Shown one piece after another: positions 19,276 to 29,579 of a stretch of DNA of 64,000 bases. Each line of letters starts with the position of its first letter. Position 1 is the stretch's first letter. This DNA comes from Verrucomicrobiales bacterium (GTDB lineage Bacteria; Verrucomicrobiota; Verrucomicrobiia; Verrucomicrobiales; SLCJ01), in the NCBI GenBank assembly GCA_046075565.1, contig JBJTQJ010000030.1, positions 1 through 64,000 on the forward strand. Direction: 5' to 3'. The notes beneath the pieces were generated by a model. That model ran no database searches. It had not been told where the DNA came from and saw only the letters and a list, made by a program, of their open reading frames with translations. Position numbers and translations under genes: made by a program.

Positions 19276-19926
19276 ATGCCCACATCCGGTTTGTTCATCA
19301 GTTTTGAAGGCAGCGAAGGCTGCGGCAAAAGCACACAAATCGCCTTGCTCGAAGAAGCGCTCAAGGGGCGCGGCAGGGATCTCGTGCGTGTGCGCGAACC
19401 GGGTGGCACACCCTTGGGTGAGGAGATCCGGCGTTTGCTCAAACATTCGGCCGCCGGTGAAGGAATGTGCCCGGAGGCGGAGATCCTTCTTTTCTCGGCC
19501 AGCCGGGCTGAACTCACGCGTTCGGTCATCCTACCTTCTCTGCAAGCCGGTCGGGTGGTGATTGCGGATCGCTTTGTCGATTCGACCACGGTTTATCAAG
19601 GGGTGGCGCGTGGTCTTCCGGTTGCCGCCGTGACCACGGTCAATACCTTCGCGACTTCCGGCCGCTTGCCCGATTTGACCATCTTGCTCGATCTCGACGT
19701 CGCCACCAGCCGATCCCGCACCGACGGGCGTGGGCAGGGACGCGATCGTTTTGAGCGGGAGGATGATGTGTTCTTCGCCAAAGTCCGTCAAGGTTACCTG
19801 GAACTCGCCGCCGCCGAACCCGAGCGGTTTCTGGTCATCGACGCCAACCTCTCTCCAGAGGAGATTCATCGCCTTGTCATGGAGCGCGTGGATGGTCAAT
19901 TGACCGGACACCGAACCGGCGCTTGA
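19276..19926 (+). CDS. tmk: Thymidylate kinase
   Basis: FISFEGSEGCGKSTQ P-loop, REPGGT, DRFVDSTTVYQG and DRFE. Confidence 0.96.
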   Translation: MPTSGLFISFEGSEGCGKSTQIALLEEALKGRGRDLVRVREPGGTPLGEEIRRLLKHSAAGEGMCPEAEILLFSASRAELTRSVILPSLQAGRVVIADRFVDSTTVYQGVARGLPVAAVTTVNTFATSGRLPDLTILLDLDVATSRSRTDGRGQGRDRFEREDDVFFAKVRQGYLELAAAEPERFLVIDANLSPEEIHRLVMERVDGQLTGHRTGA

Positions 19927-19960
19927 TACGGCGAACCTTCTGGCGAAATTCCCCTCACTC

Positions 19961-20941
19961 ATGCCGCTTTCACCCGACCTGGCCTTTCAGCGTTTATCCG
20001 AAGCCCGTTCCCGCGGACGGCTCGGCCACGCTTATCTTCTCTCCGGTCCCTCTGGTGCCGGCAAAGAGGCCCTGGCCTGTCGCATGATCGCGCTGGCCCA
20101 GGAGCGCGAGTTGGGACCGGCGTCCCTTGATGACGCGGTTGGGGATGGAGTTACTGTCGTCCGCCCCGTTTCCAAGTCTCGAGTGATCAAGGTCGATCAG
20201 GTCCACGAACTTGAGGCGGCTCTGCGCGTGACCGTCGGTCGTTATCCCATCAAAGTCGGGGTTATCGTCGATGCCGACCGTCTCAACCCGAATTCCCAAA
20301 ATGCCTTTCTCAAAACGCTGGAAGAGCCGCCGGGACATTGTATGCTCCTGCTCCTGACCAGCGCTCCGGAACAACTTCTGCCAACGACCCTCTCGCGTTG
20401 TATCCAAATCGATCTGAACGCGCCCGTCCGCCGGCAGCCGTCACCGGATAGCGGGGAGGGTATGCTCCTCGAATTGCTGGCGCGTCACGGCACACTGGAA
20501 ACGAAAGCCGTGCGCCCGGCCCTTTTGTTGGCCAAAGGTTTCGGAGAAATCCTAGCCGTGCGCAAAGAGGTGATTACCAAGCGCCTCGAAGCCCAATTCG
20601 ACGAGGAAGTTGCCGAGGTCAGGAAGACGACCGAGGGAGGAGGTTGGATTGGCGAGCGTGAAAAAGCCACCGAGGCGATGATTGAAGCCGAATACAAGGG
20701 AGAGCGCAACGGTCTGCTCGTGACATTGCTCTCCTGGTTCGGTGACGCCGTCCGTATCCGTGTCGGTGCTCCTCACCTCGATCTCCCGGAGCGACGCGAA
20801 GCCATCGAAAAGGTGGCGCGCGAACCGATCAAAGATTTGCTCGAGCGCCAGCTATCCATTGAACGCCTGCGCGGTCTTTTTAATACCAACGCGAGCGAAT
20901 CACTCGCCATCGAAGTCTGTTTTCTGCGGGCCTTCGCGTGA
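19961..20941 (+). CDS. holB: DNA polymerase III delta' subunit
   Basis: HAYLLSGPSGAGK, NAFLKTLEEPP and LLPTTLSRC; classic tmk-holB order. Confidence 0.92.
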   Translation: MPLSPDLAFQRLSEARSRGRLGHAYLLSGPSGAGKEALACRMIALAQERELGPASLDDAVGDGVTVVRPVSKSRVIKVDQVHELEAALRVTVGRYPIKVGVIVDADRLNPNSQNAFLKTLEEPPGHCMLLLLTSAPEQLLPTTLSRCIQIDLNAPVRRQPSPDSGEGMLLELLARHGTLETKAVRPALLLAKGFGEILAVRKEVITKRLEAQFDEEVAEVRKTTEGGGWIGEREKATEAMIEAEYKGERNGLLVTLLSWFGDAVRIRVGAPHLDLPERREAIEKVAREPIKDLLERQLSIERLRGLFNTNASESLAIEVCFLRAFA

Positions 20942-20980
20942 GAAAGGGTCGGCCGGAATTTTGATTGAAGGATAGCCTGC

Positions 20981-22672
20981 TCAGGTATTCTCGCGCAGCA
21001 GATTCCACGCGCTGACGAGAGCGAGCAGGCCGGCCATCTCGATGGAGGGATCCACGCCTGCACCCCAGACGATGCGGCCATCTTCATGCTGCAACTGCAC
21101 GTAGGCGGCGGAGTCGGCATCCGAGCCTCCCCGCACGGCGTGCGAACGATAATCCGTGAGTTTGAAATCCTTGAGTCCGGCCGCTTCGAGGGCATGCACG
21201 AAGGCATTGATGGGGCCGTTGCCGAGTCCGGAAAGTTGCTTTTCCGGGCCGGAGACGCGGATCATGCCGCGGCAGCGCACCTGGCCGCGCTCGCCAGTCT
21301 GGTGGTCGAGTTCGTATTCCACCAGTTCGAGCGGCGATTTCAGGTTGGTGAATCCGGTAAGGAAAGCCTCACGGATTTCGTCGGGCGAAAGCTCGCGTCC
21401 GAGGCGGTCGGCCAGGTCATAGATCGTTTTGCCAACCTGCGGGTGCATGGTCTTGGGTAACTCGAAGCCGTGCTCGCGGTCGAGAATGTAGGCGATCCCA
21501 CCTTTACCGCTCTGGGAGTTGATGCGGATGATGGCTTCGTAACTGCGCCCGATATCCTGCGGGTCGATGGTCAGATAAGGCACGCCCCAGGCAACTTCCC
21601 CGCCGCCGGCGGTTTCCTTGGAGCGGCGGTCGAAGCCCTTCTTGATGGCGTCCTGATGGGAACCGGAAAACGCGGTGAAGACTAGTTCGCCAGCGTAAGG
21701 TTGGCGCTCTGGCACGAGGAGTCGGGTCGTTTTTTCATAGACCGCGCGGATGGCAGGCAGGTCGGAGAAATCAAGCCCGGTTTCGATGCCATGGCTGTTC
21801 ATGTTCAACGCGACCGTCACAAGATCGAGATTGCCGGTGCGTTCGCCATTGCCAAACAGCGTGCCCTCGACACGATCCGCTCCTGCGAGCAGGCCGAGTT
21901 CCGTCGCCGCCACTCCCGTGCCCCGATCATTGTGCGTGTGCAACGAGATGAGCACCGAGTTGCGGTTTTTCACATTACGGCAAAACCATTCGATTTGGTC
22001 GGCATGCACGTTCGGTGTGGTCCATTCGACGGTGGCGGGCAGATTCAAGATGATCGGGCGCTCCGGGGTCGGTTGCCAGACATCCATGACCGCATGGCAG
22101 ACTTCGAGCGAGAAATCCAGTTCGGTATCGGAAAACGATTCCGGCGAATACTGCAACATGATGTCGGAGCCGCTCATGGTCGGCAGCAGTTCGCGAATGA
22201 TGGTCGCGCCTTCAACAGCCATGTCGCGGATGGATTCACGGCTGGCGTCGCCGAAAGTCACGCGTCGCTGCAACGGCGAAGTCGAGTTGTAGAGGTGGAC
22301 GACCGCTTTACCCACACCGGCAAGAGACTCGAAAGTGCGCTTGAGCAAGTGGTCGCGGGCCTGCACCAACACCTGGATACGCACATCCGAAGGGATGCGC
22401 TTCTCCTCGATGAGGCGGCGGACAAAAGTGAACTCGGTTTCCGATGCGGAAGGGAATCCGACTTCGATTTGTTTGAACCCGATGCGCACGAGCAGATCGA
22501 ACATCTCCAGCTTTTCCTCGACGGACATCGGCACCGGAAGCGCCTGATTGCCATCGCGGAGATCCACCGAGCACCAGATGGGAGCCCGGGAGATGACACG
22601 GTCCGGCCAGGTGCGGTCGGGCAAAGCGACCGGCGGAAATGGCCTGTATTTGCGGATGGAGTTCGGATTCAT
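20981..22672 (-). CDS. leuA: 2-isopropylmalate synthase (LeuA type 2)
   Basis: WCSVDLRDGNQAL, SLHTHNDRG, GNGERTGN, RINSQSGKGG and a regulatory domain with GNGPINAF. Confidence 0.97.
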   Translation of the reverse strand: MNPNSIRKYRPFPPVALPDRTWPDRVISRAPIWCSVDLRDGNQALPVPMSVEEKLEMFDLLVRIGFKQIEVGFPSASETEFTFVRRLIEEKRIPSDVRIQVLVQARDHLLKRTFESLAGVGKAVVHLYNSTSPLQRRVTFGDASRESIRDMAVEGATIIRELLPTMSGSDIMLQYSPESFSDTELDFSLEVCHAVMDVWQPTPERPIILNLPATVEWTTPNVHADQIEWFCRNVKNRNSVLISLHTHNDRGTGVAATELGLLAGADRVEGTLFGNGERTGNLDLVTVALNMNSHGIETGLDFSDLPAIRAVYEKTTRLLVPERQPYAGELVFTAFSGSHQDAIKKGFDRRSKETAGGGEVAWGVPYLTIDPQDIGRSYEAIIRINSQSGKGGIAYILDREHGFELPKTMHPQVGKTIYDLADRLGRELSPDEIREAFLTGFTNLKSPLELVEYELDHQTGERGQVRCRGMIRVSGPEKQLSGLGNGPINAFVHALEAAGLKDFKLTDYRSHAVRGGSDADSAAYVQLQHEDGRIVWGAGVDPSIEMAGLLALVSAWNLLRENT

Positions 22673-22712
22673 GCGGACGGATAACCTCGCATGGATTTTC
22701 TCCTCCCGCCAG

Positions 22713-23381
22713 TTATTCCTTGATTACGATCACCTCGTTGCGGGCCTCAACACGGGCTTCGGCCACGAGGATGTTGCAGGCTTCCTGGCAGAGCAGGGGA
22801 ATTTCCTCCGCCGCCGGCCGGGCTTCCCGGTCCATGAATTTCTCCGGGGGCAGGGAATGGACGTCGTGTTCGGCGGAAATCGGCCAGAGAATCCGTTTAA
22901 GACAGCCCCCTTCAGGATTGCAGACCCGGCGGATGAGACCCTGTGCCCGGGTATCACTGATGCGGTTGGCCGAACGGTACATGCCCGTCTGGCGCTGGAG
23001 TTTTTCCCGAAAGGTGGTGATGCCCGGTTCACCGCGCCGGAGGGAGCGGTAGAGCCCAAGGGCGGCAGGGTAGAGGTGATCGAGGGCAAGGCGGAGTTGG
23101 GAGAGGTCCGTCACCTCCAGCATCCACCCACGCCGCAGGTCGGGCGAGGAACGCAAAGGGCGGTATTCGCCCGCGTCGTTGTTGAGGGCGATGGTCCGGG
23201 CCGCCTCTGCATCATGGAACTGTTCCAGTCCTTCGCCACCCTTGAGAGCGGCAGCACGGTCCTCGATATGGCAGAGTGACCAGACCGTCTTCCCGGTTTC
23301 GGCGGGGACAAGGATGGTTACCTGGCCGACGCGGCGTTTGCCTTCGTCAAGCCATTGGCGGAGATGGTCAAGCAAGGGCAT
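22713..23381 (-). CDS. DR2241-like protein with a C-terminal Cys cluster (putative 4Fe-4S)
   Basis: YRPLRSSPDLRRGW, YPAAL, RQTGMY and four Cys in VCNPEGGCLKRILW...CQEACN. Overlaps the cbiX-like gene. Confidence 0.75.
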   Translation of the reverse strand: MPLLDHLRQWLDEGKRRVGQVTILVPAETGKTVWSLCHIEDRAAALKGGEGLEQFHDAEAARTIALNNDAGEYRPLRSSPDLRRGWMLEVTDLSQLRLALDHLYPAALGLYRSLRRGEPGITTFREKLQRQTGMYRSANRISDTRAQGLIRRVCNPEGGCLKRILWPISAEHDVHSLPPEKFMDREARPAAEEIPLLCQEACNILVAEARVEARNEVIVIKE

Positions 23382-24240
23382 GAAGGTAATGGGCGTCGAA
23401 GTGGGCGACTTGATCAAGAATCACATCGGCGAGATGCGGTTCGGTGCCGATGGCGGAGGCGTAGTAGAGGTTCTTACCACGCAAGTGGTGGGGGTTGTGG
23501 CGGAAGACTTCCCTTTGCGATGCGGCGGCTCCCGGTTCGTCCTCGATTCCTAACAGCACGGGTATATCCTGAAAGCTGTGCAAACCGTCGGCAATGAAGA
23601 ATGGAACGACAATAACATTGGGCGTAGGCGCCAATTGATCCCACTCGGAAATCAGCGGCGATTCTTCCATGTAGGTGTCGAGCACCTTGGCGAAGCCGGG
23701 ACCGGTTTCCCGGATAATGCGAACTTGCTCTTCGATAGCAGCGCGTGAGCGAGTATTCAGGTTCGTCCCGTGTCCGGTGATCAGAAGGGTCGTCTCGGCG
23801 GGGGAAACGTCCGGCGCGACTTCAGAGGCACGCCGGAGCAAAAGGTCCGTCATCGAGGGGTGAATGCCTACCGGATCACAGTAACGCACTTCTCGACGGC
23901 CAACTTTGCTGACGCGCCCTTCCAGGCCGAGTTCGCGCGGTATGACCTCGGTGGTAAAATAGCCTTCGCTGATGAAGTTGGGCACCACATAAACGAGGTC
24001 GCTGTCAATCATGTGCCAGACTTCCGGCATTCCCGGATCTTCTTTCCAGAAGGCGGGCACGACTTCGGCGAAAAGGCCGCGCCGCCGCAGCTCGGCAATA
24101 TGGCGGTGTGTCGGATCGCTGGAATCCGGGTTTTCCGTCGAGCCATGGCCCACAACGATCAATGCGGCGTCTGGTTTCGGAGAAATGATCATGGATTCGT
24201 TATACGATTTGGCGAGGGGGTGCGGATGCCCGGTGCTCAT
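23368..24240 (-). CDS. CbiX/SirB-family chelatase-like protein (two CbiX domains)
   Basis: VVGHGS, PNFISEGYFT, GHGT and PFFIADGLHSFQDIP. ATGA overlap with the upstream gene. Confidence 0.85.
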   Translation of the reverse strand: MSTGHPHPLAKSYNESMIISPKPDAALIVVGHGSTENPDSSDPTHRHIAELRRRGLFAEVVPAFWKEDPGMPEVWHMIDSDLVYVVPNFISEGYFTTEVIPRELGLEGRVSKVGRREVRYCDPVGIHPSMTDLLLRRASEVAPDVSPAETTLLITGHGTNLNTRSRAAIEEQVRIIRETGPGFAKVLDTYMEESPLISEWDQLAPTPNVIVVPFFIADGLHSFQDIPVLLGIEDEPGAAASQREVFRHNPHHLRGKNLYYASAIGTEPHLADVILDQVAHFDAHYLHALA

Positions 24241-26108
24241 TCCGGTTCGGAGACAAATAGGTCGGAACCGAGCTTGGCGAGAGCCTCGGCGGACAGGACA
24301 AAAACGTCCGGCTCGCCCGCGAATCGACCATAGAGGAAATTGGATCCTTGAGGGCCGGGGGCGAATTCCAGGCGAATGCGCTTCAATGGCCCAGGTGAGC
24401 CATCCTCAAGGAAAGTTTCGATGGTAATGCCCAGCCAGGAGGTTGGTTCCCGCAGGGCGGACAGCGCGGTGGAGGCACCGTCACCGAGCCATCGATCGGC
24501 CGACCATCGTTCGAGTGTCCCGGCGAGGTTGGCGGCGGCACCGATATCAAGGCGCTCGCTGGTGTCTTTTTCGTCCTCCGTGGCCAGCCAGAAATTTTCC
24601 TCGGGTTCATAGCGGAGAGAGAGCTCCGGCTGCCCGGGGCGATGGATGGTGATTTGGCGGATATCGACCGAGGAGAAACTGAACAACTGCCGGGACCGCC
24701 AAGCCGAAGGCAAATCGGGCAGGAAGCCAATCACCGAATCAGGGACCTGATAGACGCTCAAGGACTCATCCTCGCGGGCGTAGAGTTTTCCATCTTTCCT
24801 TCCGAAAGAGAATTTCATGGGCGGTGCTTCGCCGATGCGGAAGCCGACTTGCCGGATGGGGATATCGAGGCCGTAATCTTCCGGCTTGGACAGGCTATCC
24901 GTCGGGTAGGACTGGATGGGGCAAGCTGCGATGGCCTCAAGGGCACGCTGGACACGGCTGTTTTCCGCCGGCCACCATGCATCTCGGAGATAGACATTCC
25001 ATTGACCCTGCTCGAAGCGCAGCACGACCGGAATATTCGATCCAGAGTTATCGCGAAAGAATAACTCCGTGACTTTCGCAGGGTCGAACGCCGTCAGTGA
25101 TCGCGAACGGTAGCGGGTCATTTCGGGTTGGAGCAATTCGAGCACAGCCACTGGCAAACGAAGATCGTACTGGCGGTCGCTCCATCTGCTGAGCAATTCT
25201 TTGTCTCCAGCTTGCGGGGTTTGCAAAACAGCGTCCATCCTGTAGTTGCCGGAGATGAAAGCGACGTCTTCTCCATCAGCGGGAGGTTCGGAAGCCGGGG
25301 CGCCATCCATGACGATGGACAATCGGGCAGCCGTGCTTTCGGCGGTGAACGTGGGGCCGCGTGGTAACAAAGCCACCGCTTCCACCGTGCTCAATGCCCT
25401 AAGCAGCGCGTCCACGGCGGCTGGCTCTGCCCTTTGGACCAACGGTTTTGTGATCATCCATGGCGAGCGCGGGGTTTCGCGCTTCAGTTCCAGCCATTGT
25501 TCGCCTTTCCGCAGCGTAATAGCGACGGGAGGATGGGGAAGATGAAGGGGTTGGCGCGCCCGGAGAGCATCGAACGGACGATCAAGCAAAGCTCTCAGGT
25601 TGCCTCCCACGACCAGCACGTCTTCGGGCAATGGTCCGTCTTTCCATTGCACATACATCGTCGGTTCATCATCCTTGAGCCACGGCGTCACATCACCGAT
25701 GCGGAAGCTATGCAAAGTCTGTTTGTCCTGGCCGAGCAAGCGCAAACTCACGGCTCTGCGTCCGAGGCCGAAATCTTCGAGTTTCCGGTCGGCATCGCGC
25801 CATTGGCGATGGGGTATGATTTCGTGCAGCACCAAACCATTCAGTCCGAGGTAAATGGCGAGAGCGGCGTTGGGATCCACCCGGTCCACAAGCGGGGAGG
25901 TCAGGTGCCAGACCCCGTCGATGGGATTTAGGTTCGCGGATGCTTCCGTGCGGCGAAGCTGGATCTCATCCACATCTGCCGCTTCGAAACGAACCAGCGG
26001 TTGACCCACGGCAGGAAGGCGAACCGCATCGGCCTGTTCAATCCATCGCCAAGCGAACCAACCGGCCGCCAGGCTCAAGATCAGGACGATGGTGGTAAGA
26101 AAACGCAT
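24237..26108 (-). CDS. DUF4340 domain protein (ABC-associated, N-terminal TM anchor)
   Basis: Repeated modules with W-x(3)-P and DFGL/DYGLD; position after the GldG-like gene. Confidence 0.75.
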   Translation of the reverse strand: MRFLTTIVLILSLAAGWFAWRWIEQADAVRLPAVGQPLVRFEAADVDEIQLRRTEASANLNPIDGVWHLTSPLVDRVDPNAALAIYLGLNGLVLHEIIPHRQWRDADRKLEDFGLGRRAVSLRLLGQDKQTLHSFRIGDVTPWLKDDEPTMYVQWKDGPLPEDVLVVGGNLRALLDRPFDALRARQPLHLPHPPVAITLRKGEQWLELKRETPRSPWMITKPLVQRAEPAAVDALLRALSTVEAVALLPRGPTFTAESTAARLSIVMDGAPASEPPADGEDVAFISGNYRMDAVLQTPQAGDKELLSRWSDRQYDLRLPVAVLELLQPEMTRYRSRSLTAFDPAKVTELFFRDNSGSNIPVVLRFEQGQWNVYLRDAWWPAENSRVQRALEAIAACPIQSYPTDSLSKPEDYGLDIPIRQVGFRIGEAPPMKFSFGRKDGKLYAREDESLSVYQVPDSVIGFLPDLPSAWRSRQLFSFSSVDIRQITIHRPGQPELSLRYEPEENFWLATEDEKDTSERLDIGAAANLAGTLERWSADRWLGDGASTALSALREPTSWLGITIETFLEDGSPGPLKRIRLEFAPGPQGSNFLYGRFAGEPDVFVLSAEALAKLGSDLFVSEPE

Positions 26109-26118
26109 GGCCGAAAAA

Positions 26119-27606
26119 TCAAGAGCGGCGACGCTGGGCGACCAGCCAGGCGAGAATCAGCGCGATGGCCGGAAGTCCGATGAGCAGGACGACATTCAGC
26201 ATACGCGATTGCCTGTCGGTCAGATTGACTTGGAAAAGCACGGGCTGGCGCGGCCCGATGCCAATCATGGCCTGGCGGTCGAGCAGCCAGTTGATGCTTG
26301 AGAAGAAGAAATCCGAGTTCGATTGAGTGAGCGCGTCGGGATCCAACAAGTGTGGATTTGCCATGACCACCATCCGCGATGCCGACAGCCTCACCCCGGC
26401 CTCGCCGAGAGGAGAACGCTCAACCGCCGCCGCCACCACCAGCGGGCCCGGCGCGTCATCCGCCTGATCAAACACCGAGGGTGTTTCTGCCGGGCGCGAT
26501 TCACCCCAGTAACCGGGAGCGGATTCGGCCAGTGAGAAGGGCCTGATGCCACGGTTGCGCAGATCCTCGCGACCGGTATCCACTTTCAGACTGACGCTCG
26601 TGCCCGGGAACTTGGCATCGGCATTGATGAACGGATCGGTGAGAGCGCTGCCTGGAAGGAACCGCACTGAAACGGACAATTCCCGGCTTGGCCCGGCCGC
26701 TCCAGTGGTGGCCTTCATGAGCACGCGCCTGTCCACTTCCAGTCCGTGGTATTTCAGGAAAGCTTCGAGGTTCGGAAGCGTAGCATCCGGGTTGAGCATT
26801 ACCGCGATGCCCCCCTTGCGTTGATCCCAGAACTCTCTTAACAGGCGGATCTCTTTTCCGCTGAGATCATATTTTGGATTGGCGAGAAGAACGGCCGCCG
26901 CGTCTTTAGGAATCGCCTCCAGTCCATCGAGGCTAAGCTCCTTCACCCGTGCATGGTAGCGGGGAAGCATGGCCCGCAAGGTGTCGGAGCCATTGCCCAT
27001 CGTTGTATCTGGCCATGGACCTTTGCCCGTGATCAGATAGACCAACGGTGGATTCGGATCAAGCAATCGCAGCAAAGCGGCGGTGATCGCGTCCTCGCCC
27101 GCATAGGCCACCGGTCGCGGCTTCCCGTCGGGTGTGGGTTTGATCAATTCCAGCGAGGTGGAGGGAATCACCTCTGCCCGTCCATTTGAAAGGATGATCA
27201 CCGCGTCGTCCTTGAAGGTAACGTTGTATTTTTTCGAATACTCGCGCGCGTTCTCGGGATCGCGCACCGGATCCAACAATCGGGCTTGCACCAATCCCGG
27301 TCGCGCGTCGGCGTAAGCTTTGGCCAAATGCCATGTCTTCTCCTTCAGCGGGCTGTCGTTCACGAAGGCGACCACGATGCGTGTGCGCTCTTCGATCACC
27401 CCGAGCACCTTGGTGGTGGTTTCGGACAGGTTCGAAACATGGGCGCGGGTGGCGTCATGCCGCGCGAATCGCTGGCAGGAAAGGGCGTTCAGCATGATGA
27501 ACACCGCTGCTGCCAGGGAGAGCTGCGCCACCGCGTGCCAGAGCGGATTGCCGCCGCGTTTTGCCGGGGTAGGGGAGGGCGCGGGAGATGTTTCTTCTTC
27601 AGCCAT
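26119..27606 (-). CDS. GldG-like ABC transporter auxiliary component
   Basis: N- and C-terminal TM helices, GEDAITAAL, YLITGKG and NSDFFFSSINWLL. Confidence 0.85.
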   Translation of the reverse strand: MAEEETSPAPSPTPAKRGGNPLWHAVAQLSLAAAVFIMLNALSCQRFARHDATRAHVSNLSETTTKVLGVIEERTRIVVAFVNDSPLKEKTWHLAKAYADARPGLVQARLLDPVRDPENAREYSKKYNVTFKDDAVIILSNGRAEVIPSTSLELIKPTPDGKPRPVAYAGEDAITAALLRLLDPNPPLVYLITGKGPWPDTTMGNGSDTLRAMLPRYHARVKELSLDGLEAIPKDAAAVLLANPKYDLSGKEIRLLREFWDQRKGGIAVMLNPDATLPNLEAFLKYHGLEVDRRVLMKATTGAAGPSRELSVSVRFLPGSALTDPFINADAKFPGTSVSLKVDTGREDLRNRGIRPFSLAESAPGYWGESRPAETPSVFDQADDAPGPLVVAAAVERSPLGEAGVRLSASRMVVMANPHLLDPDALTQSNSDFFFSSINWLLDRQAMIGIGPRQPVLFQVNLTDRQSRMLNVVLLIGLPAIALILAWLVAQRRRS

Positions 27607-28388
27607 CAGGATTGCCAGCGGCGGAGGTTGAGGGTGAATCCGGTGGCGGCCAAGACGAAGGCTGCCGCCGAAAGATGATACACATGCGGGCGGCTATCCC
27701 AGATGCCGGCGGAGGCCGCGCGAAGATGCGAATCCTCGTGGATGTATAGGAAAAACCTTTGCACCGGCTCCGCCAATTCCCCGAGGCGCATCGGCAGATG
27801 GCCAAGGAGGAAATGGAGCATGAGCAGTCCGAAAGTCATGATGCCGGCGGCAATCTGGCTGGTGGTCATGGAAGAGGCGAGACACCCCAAGGCCAGATTG
27901 AACATCCCCATGGATCCCACCAGCGCCAGCGTTGGCCACAGTGTCGCGGTCAGATGCAGATGGGTGTCGCCGAGCAGCGAAGGATAAAGCAGGAACACGA
28001 GAGTAATCGGCACCCACAGCAGGAAATAATACACCGTGATGGCCAGGTATTTTCCGAGGACAACGTCCGGGACGCGCAGGGGAGCGGTGAGCAACATCTC
28101 CATGGTGCCCAGTTTCTGCTCCTCCGCGAAAAGCCGCATGGTGAGAAGAGGGAAAAGAGCGAAATACGGAATCCAAAACATCGCGCCCTGGAAGAACACC
28201 TCGGTCAGCCCTCGTTCCTGCGGGTATTCCGTGAAGGCCCGCAGGGCATTGGTGAATCCGATGCCCTGCAGGATTAAAAACACGGCCGCCACGATATGCG
28301 ATGCGGGCGACAGGGCGATGGCACGCAACTCCCGAAGCAAGATGACGCGCAGGGCCCGTGATGCCGATTTGGAAGGGGTGGATGGCAT
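27606..28388 (-). CDS. GldF-like ABC-2 permease
   Basis: PLLTMRLFAEEQKLGTMEMLLTAP, VLGKY and about 6 TM helices. Confidence 0.9.
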   Translation of the reverse strand: MPSTPSKSASRALRVILLRELRAIALSPASHIVAAVFLILQGIGFTNALRAFTEYPQERGLTEVFFQGAMFWIPYFALFPLLTMRLFAEEQKLGTMEMLLTAPLRVPDVVLGKYLAITVYYFLLWVPITLVFLLYPSLLGDTHLHLTATLWPTLALVGSMGMFNLALGCLASSMTTSQIAAGIMTFGLLMLHFLLGHLPMRLGELAEPVQRFFLYIHEDSHLRAASAGIWDSRPHVYHLSAAAFVLAATGFTLNLRRWQS

Positions 28389-28399
28389 GGTGGGAAAAT

Positions 28400-29389
28400 T
28401 CAGCGGCTTTGCCGATGGGTGACCTCGAGAAAGACCTCCTCGAGACGTGGGGGCGCGCGGTGGATTTCACGCAACTTCCAGCCCTTGGCCAAAATGGCCG
28501 AAACCATGGCAAGGCGGACGTCGCCTGTCGATTCTGCTTTCACTCCGATGGCAAACCATTTGTCCGGCAGAACTTCATCAAGACTGGCCACACGCACGCC
28601 ATCGATGGCTCGCAGGCATTCGCACACATCATCGGCGGATGGGGCCCGCACCTCGACACGGATCTGCGCGGCCGTGCGCATCCCGTCGGCTAGCGCGCTT
28701 GGGGTGTCCATGGCCTTGATCTTTCCTTCGTCTATGATGATGACGCGGTCGCAGGTTTGTTCCGCTTCCGCCAGGATGTGGGTGGACAACAAAATGGTAT
28801 GCTTGCCCGCCAGCTCGCGGATCAACTCGCGGACCTGCAGGATTTGATTCGGATCAAAGCCATTCGTCGGCTCATCGAGGATAAGCAAATCCGGCTCGTG
28901 CACGATCGCATCGGCCAATCCGATCCGCTGCCGATAGCCCTTCGAGAGATTGCCAATCATCCGCCGACGCACATCCGTCAGCCCGCAGCGATCCATCACA
29001 TCGCCGACCCGGATCCGCATGGGTTTCCCGGTCAAACCCTTCAATTCGGCCCGGTAATGAAGATATTCCTTCACCCGCATGTCGGTGTAAAGCGGCACAT
29101 TCTCCGGCATGTAACCGATGCGGCGGCGCGCCTCCACGGGTTCGACGGCCACATCATGCCCCGCCACGAGCACCCGTCCCGAGGTGGGAGGAAGGTATCC
29201 GGTGAGCATACGCATGGTCGTGGTTTTTCCCGCCCCGTTCGGCCCGAGAAAACCGAGGATTTCCCCCCGTTTTAGTTCGAAATCCAGCGTATCAACGACC
29301 GTCCGTCCATGGAATCGCCGCGTCAGCCCTTCCGCCACCACGATGGGGGGCTCGTTCTCCGGGGGATTGGGGGACGCTTTTTTGCTCAT
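28400..29389 (-). CDS. GldA-like ABC transporter ATP-binding protein
   Basis: GPNGAGKTT Walker A, LSKGYRQR signature, ILDEPT and STH. Confidence 0.95.
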   Translation of the reverse strand: MSKKASPNPPENEPPIVVAEGLTRRFHGRTVVDTLDFELKRGEILGFLGPNGAGKTTTMRMLTGYLPPTSGRVLVAGHDVAVEPVEARRRIGYMPENVPLYTDMRVKEYLHYRAELKGLTGKPMRIRVGDVMDRCGLTDVRRRMIGNLSKGYRQRIGLADAIVHEPDLLILDEPTNGFDPNQILQVRELIRELAGKHTILLSTHILAEAEQTCDRVIIIDEGKIKAMDTPSALADGMRTAAQIRVEVRAPSADDVCECLRAIDGVRVASLDEVLPDKWFAIGVKAESTGDVRLAMVSAILAKGWKLREIHRAPPRLEEVFLEVTHRQSR

Positions 29390-29579
29390 AAAAAGGGGTC
29401 GCTAAGATGCTCCTCGATGCCCACGGGGTCAATCAGGAACGAGACCTCGGCTCCGCCGGAATTGGAATTCCAGGCCGATACTGACCCCGATTTCCCCGAT
29501 CTCGTCAAAATCGACCGGGATTTCCTCGCCCAAGCTGGTCTGCTCCGTGGCCATCGGGGGTTGATTGGGCGATTCCCCG

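Noticed and set aside
24237..29389. Gliding motility machinery
   Set aside because: GldA/F/G-like ABC systems are widespread outside gliding bacteria, and no GldK-N or type IX secretion genes are present.
29433..29579. Possible small gene or remnant between the ABC promoter and the DUF2339 gene
   Set aside because: Frames on both strands are open and the + frame looks somewhat coding (DPDFPDLVKIDRDFL), but I recognise no family and no credible start/stop pair.
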